This document shows, one piece after another, positions 57,336-64,000 of a stretch of 64,000 nt of DNA. Numbering within the stretch: the first letter of the stretch is position 1; each line of letters begins with the position of its first letter. Origin of the DNA: a virus. The translations under genes and the position numbers were made by a program. Location: positions 24,536-88,535 of IMG/VR virus record IMGVR_UViG_3300045988_105861; one strand, written 5' to 3'. The notes beneath the pieces were generated by a model. It was not told the DNA's origin. It ran no database searches and worked only from the letters and a program-made list of their open reading frames with translations.

Positions 57336-57402
57336 TATCTGACTAATATACGGTCCTGGCCACAGACAGCCAGGCCGATCTCATGGCAGGGCAGGCGCCA
57401 CC

Positions 57403-57591
57403 TTACTCTGGCTGTTCTGCCCACTCTCTGTACCCTACATTAAAACCAATAGGATCATACCTTTTGATCATAGTGCCATAATTCTCTCTACCGCAATACC
57501 TGTTCTTTCCTCCAATGATCCATGTCTCATCGTCTCTATCTGGAGATATTGAGTTAAGAAACTTCTCATAATCTTTTCTACTCTTTCCCAT
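57403..57591 (-). CDS. Small hypothetical protein (62 aa). Its C-terminus is encoded by GC-rich island X.
   Basis: ORF. Confidence 0.4.
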   Translation of the reverse strand: MGKSRKDYEKFLNSISPDRDDETWIIGGKNRYCGRENYGTMIKRYDPIGFNVGYREWAEQPE

Positions 57592-57937
57592 CTTTGTCTT
57601 GATTTAAACAATAGTTAATAAAATAAGCAACCTGTTCATTTTCCCCTGTATTATCATAATCACCTAAAGTCATATCATCATAATCCAGCAGAACTATACG
57701 AAAATCGTTTTTTTTGACATACACCTCCGTTAAAAACATAGGAATCCCATTAATTTCTATTATCACCGGAAACTGATCATCAAAGTCAAACGCATCATTA
57801 GTTTCTTTAAACTCTTTAAACTTTAGCTTTATAATTCCATTGTTTTCTGCTAATGCTTCTTTGATGTACTTTAATCTTTTTGCATTCAGACTGACCTCTG
57901 CTTCTTCTATTTCTTTATACAATTTATTTAGATCCAT
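57578..57937 (-). CDS. Hypothetical protein (119 aa).
   Basis: ORF. Confidence 0.5.
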   Translation of the reverse strand: MDLNKLYKEIEEAEVSLNAKRLKYIKEALAENNGIIKLKFKEFKETNDAFDFDDQFPVIIEINGIPMFLTEVYVKKNDFRIVLLDYDDMTLGDYDNTGENEQVAYFINYCLNQDKDGKE

Positions 57938-58439
57938 ATTCCACTATATTTATGTTGTCAAATTTTTCTTTTATAATATCCAAGGCGCCACACTCGTTTG
58001 TTATCATAGCATGCTTTCCTGGCTTCATTCTCCACAGATTAAAACACCTTGTCACATTCATAGTGGCATTAAATAATGATATTTCGTATCTTGTGTTCCC
58101 ATTTTCATCATGTCCCGCTTTTTTAAAATAACATAGGGTCGGCTTGTATTTGAAATAATTAAAAAGCCTATACCATCCCTTTCCGTTACATGTTTCACAA
58201 TTCCATATTCCAGCAAGCTTCCTATATCCCCTTACCGGTATTCTCTCTATTTCTTTTGGTACGATCTTGACATACTTTCCTTCTCCGATTGGTATGGTCA
58301 TATTACCTGCCTCTTTCGTGCAAAAGTATTCTATTTCAGATGCCATTCCTTTATACATATAGAACCGGTATAAGTTCCCGTCAGGGTCTACCCGATCCAT
58401 GTAATATAATATCACTTTATCTACTTTTATCGTTTTCAT
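57924..58439 (-). CDS. Hypothetical protein (171 aa).
   Basis: ORF. Confidence 0.55.
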   Translation of the reverse strand: MKTIKVDKVILYYMDRVDPDGNLYRFYMYKGMASEIEYFCTKEAGNMTIPIGEGKYVKIVPKEIERIPVRGYRKLAGIWNCETCNGKGWYRLFNYFKYKPTLCYFKKAGHDENGNTRYEISLFNATMNVTRCFNLWRMKPGKHAMITNECGALDIIKEKFDNINIVEYGSK

Positions 58440-58687
58440 TCCTTTATTCTACTTATCTTTAAATTGTTATTCCCACAGTATTCCTTCAACCAACTATCCG
58501 TTAGATAACGATTAACTCTATCGTATTCCTTTTTCGGACCCTTGCTCCAGAATTTCCATTCGTTTGTAATATCGTTCCCATATTTATCAAACCAATAGAT
58601 ATAATATACTACATTACCGTATAAATCCACTCTTTTTCTTTCCTGTATGACTACCTCGTAAGGCATTTCCTTGTCTCTTTTCTCCAT
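58436..58687 (-). CDS. Small hypothetical protein (83 aa).
   Basis: ORF. Confidence 0.45.
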   Translation of the reverse strand: MEKRDKEMPYEVVIQERKRVDLYGNVVYYIYWFDKYGNDITNEWKFWSKGPKKEYDRVNRYLTDSWLKEYCGNNNLKISRIKE

Positions 58688-58763
58688 CTTTATCCTCCTT
58701 TCTTAAAAAAAAAACGACACCTATCTTCACAGACCAGTGCCGGCAACTAACTTACATGGAAAA

Positions 58764-59174
58764 CTACTTAACCTCAACTAATTCTACAGAGCTGTAGAAT
58801 TTAGTGAAGCTACCAACAAATTCTCTTATATTTTTATATTCTTCTGGTCGTTTTCTGTTACCGTCTTTTATATAATTTACCCACAGTCTATCCTCTATGT
58901 TCTTAACCGCATTCTCTATAGTAAATTCGTCGCTGACACACATTAAACACGAAGACCCGGTTTTCTTATGTGGTTTATACACCCTTGAAAAAGACCACAT
59001 TTTTATCCTGTCGTATATATATCCGTTGTTGGGATAAACGAATCCTATCCGTTTATCACCTTCTTTGGCGTAAAATACACCCGGTTCCTTTCCTCCCTTT
59101 CTATATACCACAAATCCTTTTTCTTTTAGGATCTTAACTACTTTATCTAATTCATTTTCTACGTTCATTTTCAT
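58764..59174 (-). CDS. Hypothetical protein (136 aa).
   Basis: ORF. Confidence 0.55.
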   Translation of the reverse strand: MKMNVENELDKVVKILKEKGFVVYRKGGKEPGVFYAKEGDKRIGFVYPNNGYIYDRIKMWSFSRVYKPHKKTGSSCLMCVSDEFTIENAVKNIEDRLWVNYIKDGNRKRPEEYKNIREFVGSFTKFYSSVELVEVK

Positions 59175-59625
59175 GCAAAAATTTAAAAACGACCCTCATT
59201 ACATCTCCAAAGTTCTCCACTTTAACCCACTCATGAGCTACTGCTCTAAGTACGGATGTTTCGTATGTTGGAACATTGTCTTCTTCAACCACCTTACAAG
59301 AAGCCAGAACCCCTTCGGTCGGCTTTAGTCCACGGTCATGCAGCTCGCAGAGACCGTCCGGTCGGCGGAATGCGCACCACCCATCTTTCACTGTCGGCTG
59401 GATCATCGCTATTGGTTTTTCTTTCACTGCAAGATACCCTACCATCCACATTGTTTCTTTTAGCCTGTCAGCGTATCCGGCATCTATGATAGCTTCTATG
59501 TCTTTTGGCGTACCAATACAAGGAACCTCACACATGTTCTTGCATTTATCACATGTACAAGGTTGCTCCCATCTGTTATGATCTACGCCTACCAACTTCT
59601 TTATCCGTTCTACTTCTTCTTTCAT
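59152..59625 (-). CDS. Cys-rich protein (157 aa), YkgJ/UPF0153-like metal-chelating motif candidate.
   Basis: CTCDKCKNMCEVPC cluster plus downstream Cys residues. Tentative. Confidence 0.5.
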   Translation of the reverse strand: MKEEVERIKKLVGVDHNRWEQPCTCDKCKNMCEVPCIGTPKDIEAIIDAGYADRLKETMWMVGYLAVKEKPIAMIQPTVKDGWCAFRRPDGLCELHDRGLKPTEGVLASCKVVEEDNVPTYETSVLRAVAHEWVKVENFGDVMRVVFKFLHENERRK

Positions 59626-59626
59626 A

Positions 59627-59908
59627 TTATACTATCTCTGTTAGTTTTTCATAATACAACTTCATTTCCGGTGAAGCATATTCCATGAATGCTTCGAATA
59701 AGTGGGGTACCTCTATTATCATATTCACATTACAACCTTCTGCCTGTGAAAGCGATTCAAGATCATTACTGTATGAACATGTTACATGAGCTCCTACATT
59801 AAACACATGTAAATCTAATCTTACATATTCCATACATAAATCTAACGCTTTAAACAAGTTCTCTACCTCAATCTCCTGAAATAGGTCTATAAACATCCTT
59901 AAATCCAT
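59627..59908 (-). CDS. Small hypothetical protein (93 aa).
   Basis: ORF. Confidence 0.45.
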   Translation of the reverse strand: MDLRMFIDLFQEIEVENLFKALDLCMEYVRLDLHVFNVGAHVTCSYSNDLESLSQAEGCNVNMIIEVPHLFEAFMEYASPEMKLYYEKLTEIV

Positions 59909-60291
59909 TATTTTACCACCCTTTCCACGTGTTTAATTAATACTACTGCTATTCCCTTACCGGTTTTTATCGCACATTCCGATCCTTTTATCCATTCTAC
60001 ACACCCTACATACTTTTCCGTAGCATGAAATCCGGGATTGTATTTTCCAGATGTACTGAACTCTACCGTATCCCCTACCTTCAGATCATCAAAAGCGACA
60101 GACCATGTGGTCCAAATTCTATCATGTCTCCCAGGCTGAATGGCCCCAATTACGCCCTTCTTACGACCGTTTTTTATTGCCCTTAGTATTATCTTTCTAT
60201 CACCTTCAATAAGGCTGCAAAAACGCCCGTAAAAGGTCAAATCAACCTGTTTTCCTCCTATTTCTTCTCTTATTTTTGTTATTCTGTTCAT
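59908..60291 (-). CDS. Hypothetical protein (127 aa).
   Basis: ORF. Confidence 0.5.
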   Translation of the reverse strand: MNRITKIREEIGGKQVDLTFYGRFCSLIEGDRKIILRAIKNGRKKGVIGAIQPGRHDRIWTTWSVAFDDLKVGDTVEFSTSGKYNPGFHATEKYVGCVEWIKGSECAIKTGKGIAVVLIKHVERVVK

Positions 60292-60535
60292 TTTCTGATT
60301 TTGTTTTATTTTTTTCTTTGTTTTTTCTATCTTCTATAGAAGATGATAATAACATTATCTTTTCTATGTTACTTTTTGACTGTAAAAAAGAATCGCATTT
60401 CATTACTACTACCACCTTCTTAAGTTCCCCATTATCGTATAGCGATACACGCATCATGTTTTGCGCCTCGTCCACTATCAGACCTGGAGTAGTCTTAGCC
60501 ATTTTGCGTAGCTTATTATACTCCGGTCTTTCCAT
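60242..60535 (-). CDS. Small protein with a Lys/Asn-rich C-terminal tail (97 aa).
   Basis: ORF. KNKEKNKTKSENEQNNKNKRRNRRK. Confidence 0.4.
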   Translation of the reverse strand: MERPEYNKLRKMAKTTPGLIVDEAQNMMRVSLYDNGELKKVVVVMKCDSFLQSKSNIEKIMLLSSSIEDRKNKEKNKTKSENEQNNKNKRRNRRKTG

Positions 60536-60800
60536 TTCCTCTGTTTATTACTCTATAGTATTTATCTTTATCTCCCTCTTCCAACTTCTCCAGATAGAAA
60601 ATTCCATCATGCAAATGAGACAAACAAAACCTGTATCCGTATTTCTGCGTTCTTCTTACATGATCCCGCAGTCTTATTTCTTCACTTTTGTCTTGTACTT
60701 TGATCTTAATACTGTCTCCTTCTTTGATTGTGTATAAAATAGTTTGAATCTCTTCTTTTTTCATCTTATAAAATATTTTAACGGCAGCACCTATACTCAC
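60516..60800 (-). CDS. Small hypothetical protein (94 aa).
   Basis: ORF. Confidence 0.45.
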   Translation of the reverse strand: MSIGAAVKIFYKMKKEEIQTILYTIKEGDSIKIKVQDKSEEIRLRDHVRRTQKYGYRFCLSHLHDGIFYLEKLEEGDKDKYYRVINRGNGKTGV

Positions 60801-60827
60801 GCACCACTACTGCCTTATGTTTAACAA

Positions 60828-61637
60828 TTAAATACTTAACTCTTCAATGGTCAAGCCTTTTTCTTTTGCCCATTTTAACATTGCGCATAATTCTGTTTCT
60901 GACTTATATTTCGGATCACGCCACGCCCATCCGAATTTATCCAGGACATGATGATATAATTCGTCGGCTTCTGCCGTATGCACGTCATTGAATAAATACT
61001 CCGAACCTTCCGGTATAAGCGTTTCTGTTGTTGCGAAATTATGATATTGTATATAATGGAAGGCTTTCGATACTACATCATACCACGCATCTTCAGCTAC
61101 GAACCCAAATTCTTTTACAAAAGCCAAAGTTAGATACATATTTAATAGCGCTGCCGAATCATATCCTGAATTTGGATTCTTTTCTATTATCTCTTTCTCA
61201 AACTCCTTTAGATCTTCAGGCCCGAAAAATATGTAACCCTGAACTGATTTATAATTTACCTCAGCATATTTTTTACACCTATCATCATTGATTATCTTAC
61301 CAATGTTGGATAACATCATCTGTCGCCATCCATCACGGAACTCCACCTCTACCTCCATCCAATCAGTACCATAGTTATACTCTTTTGGGTGTCCGACTGA
61401 TGTCACCTTTATATCTTTTACACCATATTCATAAAGACGTTCTTTAACCTTGTCTGCCCATTCTCGCACATAGGGTATGAACGCATTACAATAAGAATCA
61501 AAATCAAAATCCGACTCCTCTTCATATTCCGGCATCTCACTATACTCAAGCGAAAAGAAATGACGCGGGTCTGCTATTGTTTCATAAAAACTTACGTTAA
61601 TGAAACAAAATTCGTTGGTTGTTGTTTTTAATATCAT
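60828..61637 (-). CDS. Hypothetical protein (269 aa).
   Basis: ORF. Confidence 0.6.
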   Translation of the reverse strand: MILKTTTNEFCFINVSFYETIADPRHFFSLEYSEMPEYEEESDFDFDSYCNAFIPYVREWADKVKERLYEYGVKDIKVTSVGHPKEYNYGTDWMEVEVEFRDGWRQMMLSNIGKIINDDRCKKYAEVNYKSVQGYIFFGPEDLKEFEKEIIEKNPNSGYDSAALLNMYLTLAFVKEFGFVAEDAWYDVVSKAFHYIQYHNFATTETLIPEGSEYLFNDVHTAEADELYHHVLDKFGWAWRDPKYKSETELCAMLKWAKEKGLTIEELSI

Positions 61638-61888
61638 AACTTTTTGTATTTACGTACATTTTTCTTGCCATAGAATCTACACATGGCACGAATCTGACTA
61701 TAAAATACTTTTGTCCTCCTGGCCTCAAAGTATTTAAACATTTCTTCATTCTTTGTTTCCCACACGTAATCCGTTTGAGAACTCATATGATTTTTATCCT
61801 TGCGTGAATAATGGTAATATGATACCACAACACGTTTCGCACCATTCTTTACAGGTGCGATATTCACATCTATGTTATTATCTGTCAT
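61634..61888 (-). CDS. Small hypothetical protein (84 aa).
   Basis: ORF. Confidence 0.45.
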   Translation of the reverse strand: MTDNNIDVNIAPVKNGAKRVVVSYYHYSRKDKNHMSSQTDYVWETKNEEMFKYFEARRTKVFYSQIRAMCRFYGKKNVRKYKKL

Positions 61889-62003
61889 ATTATTATTGTT
61901 TCATTATACAAATACAAAGAGCGCATACCTTCACAGGCCGGCGCTCCTTTCAATAAAAATGAAAAAACTAACATTACATAAACATATTGTTTTCTGCTCT
62001 TTA

Positions 62004-62237
62004 TTACAATACTTTTGTTCCGCAATTATTATATCTTCCGTACTCTTTTTTCGTATCATTCAAGATTTCAAACACCATCTTCTTGTGATCTTTGTTTGGT
62101 AACTTGTCTTTAACGGCCGATATCACGCCCGCTATAGACGTAAAACCTGAATCTGTTATTGAACACAGCAATAATCCCCTTTCGTCGCCGGTGCTTATCG
62201 CTGACGCCTTTATAATATCATTCTTATATATTCTCAT
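62004..62237 (-). CDS. Small hypothetical protein (77 aa).
   Basis: ORF. Confidence 0.45.
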   Translation of the reverse strand: MRIYKNDIIKASAISTGDERGLLLCSITDSGFTSIAGVISAVKDKLPNKDHKKMVFEILNDTKKEYGRYNNCGTKVL

Positions 62238-62258
62238 AACTCTTTTATTTTATTATTT

Positions 62259-62353
62259 GTGAGATGCCCAGAATCGAACCAGGACCGACACATACATACC
62301 GGCACGCCGCGTCATCCCCTCTATGATACAGAAATAGGCATGCCTATCCTCAC
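62259..62353 (-). ncRNA. tRNA-like element A. Minus-strand RNA carries GGUUCGAUUCU (T-loop consensus) plus the 3' strand CAUCUCAC, and is closed by a long-range helix GUGAGGAU / AUCUCAC. The cloverleaf could not be completed by eye.
   Basis: Exact T-arm consensus in a 175-bp intergenic gap. Contains palindrome ATAGGCATGCCTAT. Shares its 3' end (GGTTCGATTCYGG..ATCTCACA) with element B. Confidence 0.3.
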
Positions 62354-62412
62354 GAACTGACATGCCAAAACCCAAAACTTAATTTGATGAATAAAATAGA
62401 TTAACAAAAATA

Positions 62413-62727
62413 CTATTCTAATTCTTTTATAATATCTTTCACAATATTCAGCCTTACCTCCTTCGTTTCTGGACTAAGACAACCAAACCATCCATAAAAC
62501 GTTCTTGTTTCCTCTGGTTCTGTGGCCATACTTATCTTCTCTTCCAATTCCGGGAAATATATTCTCACCATTTCGTCTGAACGAAACTCATAGATATTTT
62601 TATGTGTTTTGAAATACATAAACACTACATTTCTTAACGCAACACATATGTATTCCCCATCCTCTAACCTATCAATCATCTCATATACCTTTTCCCATAT
62701 GAATAATCGCTCTTCTTTTGTAAACAT
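62413..62727 (-). CDS. Hypothetical protein (104 aa).
   Basis: ORF. Confidence 0.5.
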   Translation of the reverse strand: MFTKEERLFIWEKVYEMIDRLEDGEYICVALRNVVFMYFKTHKNIYEFRSDEMVRIYFPELEEKISMATEPEETRTFYGWFGCLSPETKEVRLNIVKDIIKELE

Positions 62728-62741
62728 ATCCTTCTTTATTT

Positions 62742-63083
62742 TTATGGTATTATTTGACTGTATGCAGACTTTTCCATGTACACAATATTATGCCCCTGTC
62801 CAAATATCTTCTTTGCCACCTCTTTCTTTATCGCACAATATCTCCCTGTACGATACGGATTCTTTTGATCTGATCCATCCTCGACTTCGATAATAAAACA
62901 ACCTCCGTCATCTATTATCTTTTTGCAATTGTCACATATTTCTCCCGTGCATATATGATGCGGCGCCTGACCTTTGATATTATTTCCTAATAAAGCAATG
63001 CCCATATCTTCGCCACATATCATGCAGACTTCTATAGACGGATTCAATCCGTGTTCTGGATGTAATGTAATACCATCTTTCAT
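62742..63083 (-). CDS. Cys-rich protein (113 aa) with a strong Shine-Dalgarno sequence.
   Basis: AAAGGAGG 7 nt upstream of the ATG. CMICG...C..C. Confidence 0.55.
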   Translation of the reverse strand: MKDGITLHPEHGLNPSIEVCMICGEDMGIALLGNNIKGQAPHHICTGEICDNCKKIIDDGGCFIIEVEDGSDQKNPYRTGRYCAIKKEVAKKIFGQGHNIVYMEKSAYSQIIP

Positions 63084-63112
63084 TTTCTTTCCTCCTTTGT
63101 TTTTAATGTTGT

Positions 63113-63180
63113 GTGAGATCGCCGGAATCGAACCGACCTACTGCACCATGAATCCCATAAAGCAAATGCTCCGATCTTCG
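63113..63180 (-). ncRNA. tRNA-like element B. Contains GGUUCGAUUCC plus GAUCUCAC, closed by GA(A)GAUCG / CGAUCUC. Not a canonical cloverleaf.
   Basis: The T-arm GTCGG-TTCGATT-CCGGC is a good 5-bp stem plus 7-nt loop. The 5' partner has a one-nucleotide bulge. Confidence 0.3.
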
Positions 63181-63194
63181 CAGACGGGAGCATT
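63150..63194 (-). terminator. Hairpin AATGCTCC-14nt-GGAGCATT (8 bp) followed on the minus strand by UUGCUUUAU. Candidate terminator.
   Basis: Seen in sequence. Overlaps tRNA-like element B. Confidence 0.4.
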
Positions 63195-63425
63195 CTGTCT
63201 AAAGCATAAGAAAATTAATGAAGAAATTTTTCTCACTTGCGCCATAGCATCTAAAATAGCTATCAGCACTATTTCTATGACAAACATAATAGAGAATGTC
63301 TTAAATATTTTTTTCATATCTCCTCCTTTTTTTATCTGTTCTTTTCACGTTCCACAATAAACTGTCCAGGCTCTGCTCCGACCTACGTTCCACCTACAAC
63401 CGCAGGCCTTAGCCCAAGGCGCCGC

Positions 63426-63686
63426 CTACTCCCCCTCTATGGCAGCCTGTTCGTACCTACAAAACCAGTCTCCATCTACACAACTATCACTACCCCATAA
63501 TGAACACTCATCCCTATAACAATCATAAAAAATACACCTATCACAACTGTAATCCTTAACTTCTGCACAGCTAACTACCTTAGCATATACTATTCCATCA
63601 CTGCCTTCTATTCCTTTTACCCCGAAAATAGAACCTTCTACCTCCTTACTCAAATCTAAGTCAGGCGCAAAGTCATATACGTTCAT
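63426..63686 (-). CDS. Small Cys-rich protein (86 aa). First gene downstream of the 51-bp tandem array.
   Basis: ORF. Its C-terminus is encoded by GC-rich island Y. Confidence 0.5.
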   Translation of the reverse strand: MNVYDFAPDLDLSKEVEGSIFGVKGIEGSDGIVYAKVVSCAEVKDYSCDRCIFYDCYRDECSLWGSDSCVDGDWFCRYEQAAIEGE

Positions 63687-63759
63687 GTTGTTTATGTTTT
63701 AATTGTTAAACATTCCGATTGAAAAAAAAATACTCACATAATGCAGTCCTTAACTCTTA

Positions 63760-64000
63760 CCTACAGAATACTGTCTTAAAGCTCTGCAATCCTTAATTTT
63801 GTTGGAAGAAACTACAAAATGCTGTCTTAAAGCTCTGCAATCCTTAATTTTGTTAGAAGAAACTACAAAATGCTGTCTTAAAGCTCTGATCTATTGAATT
63901 TTGTTGGAAAAAACTACAAAATGCTGTCTTAAAGCTCTGATCTATTGAATTTTGTTGGAAAAAACTACAAAATGCTGTCTTAAAGCTCTGATCTATTGAA
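63760..64000. repeat. 51-bp tandem repeat array, at least 4.7 copies, running off the window edge. Two unit variants.
   Basis: Copies start at ~63760 (degenerate), 63811, 63862, 63913 and 63964. Conserved core ACTACAAAATGCTGTCTTAAAGCTCTG with variable tail CAATCCTTAATTTTGTTRGAAGAA or ATCTATTGAATTTTGTTGGAAAAA. Confidence 0.9.

Noticed and set aside
62259-62353. Calling the two T-loop-containing elements as ordinary tRNA genes.
   Set aside because: I attempted a manual cloverleaf. The T-arm and 3' acceptor fit, but no acceptable D-arm or anticodon arm was found. The acceptor pairing needs a bulge or mismatch at the expected distance, and the spans are atypical (68 and 95 nt). Reported as tRNA-like with low confidence instead.
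63138-63316. A ~58-aa Shine-Dalgarno-led membrane peptide between 63138 and 63316 on the minus strand.
   Set aside because: My first translation was off by one nucleotide. A careful re-translation gives only a 13-codon ORF (MKKIFRHSLLCLS) before a stop. It was kept only as a possible leader peptide.
63760-64000. CRISPR array.
   Set aside because: The 51-bp units are contiguous, with no unique spacers between repeats. It is a plain tandem repeat, not repeat-spacer architecture.

Overview
This 64-kb window is AT-rich and densely coding, and it looks like part of a large dsDNA phage or prophage. The evidence for that is a Bro-N/KilA-C antirepressor, a DnaB-like helicase, a zinc-finger/TOPRIM primase, an SF2 helicase, Cas4/RecB-like nucleases and many small unknown ORFs. 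Three genes are preceded by a TAnnTTTG -7 motif (Bacteroidota-type promoter), most genes lack a Shine-Dalgarno sequence, and two proteins carry FISUMP/DUF1566-type C-termini. A Bacteroidota host with crAss-like architecture is therefore plausible but not proven.

Layout:
- 1-11.8 kb (+): four large genes of 776 (5'-partial), 2213, 177 and 752 aa, translationally coupled.
- 11.8-16.8 kb (+): small genes, including the Bro-N gene, each closed by its own rho-independent terminator.
- 16.9-23.3 kb (+): a 2140-aa giant gene.
- 23.5-24.9 kb (+): two paralogous MRRRF-start genes, each carrying a poly-G(8) tract. The second is split by its tract.
- 24,885-24,929: a perfect 15-bp inverted repeat that serves as a bidirectional terminator at the strand switch.
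- 24.9-63.7 kb (-): a continuous, overlapping early/replication operon. It contains an SPFH/flotillin + NfeD + acyl-carrier-protein cluster, a P-loop ATPase, a CCA-adding-enzyme-like nucleotidyltransferase and two tRNA-like elements.

Non-coding highlights:
- Two copies of a ~370-bp dispersed repeat with GNRA-capped hairpins, each forming the leader of a minus-strand gene.
- A 51-bp tandem array running off the window end.
- Scattered short GC-rich islands.

The giant proteins have no motif I can recognise by eye. All product calls are from motif reading, not database searches.
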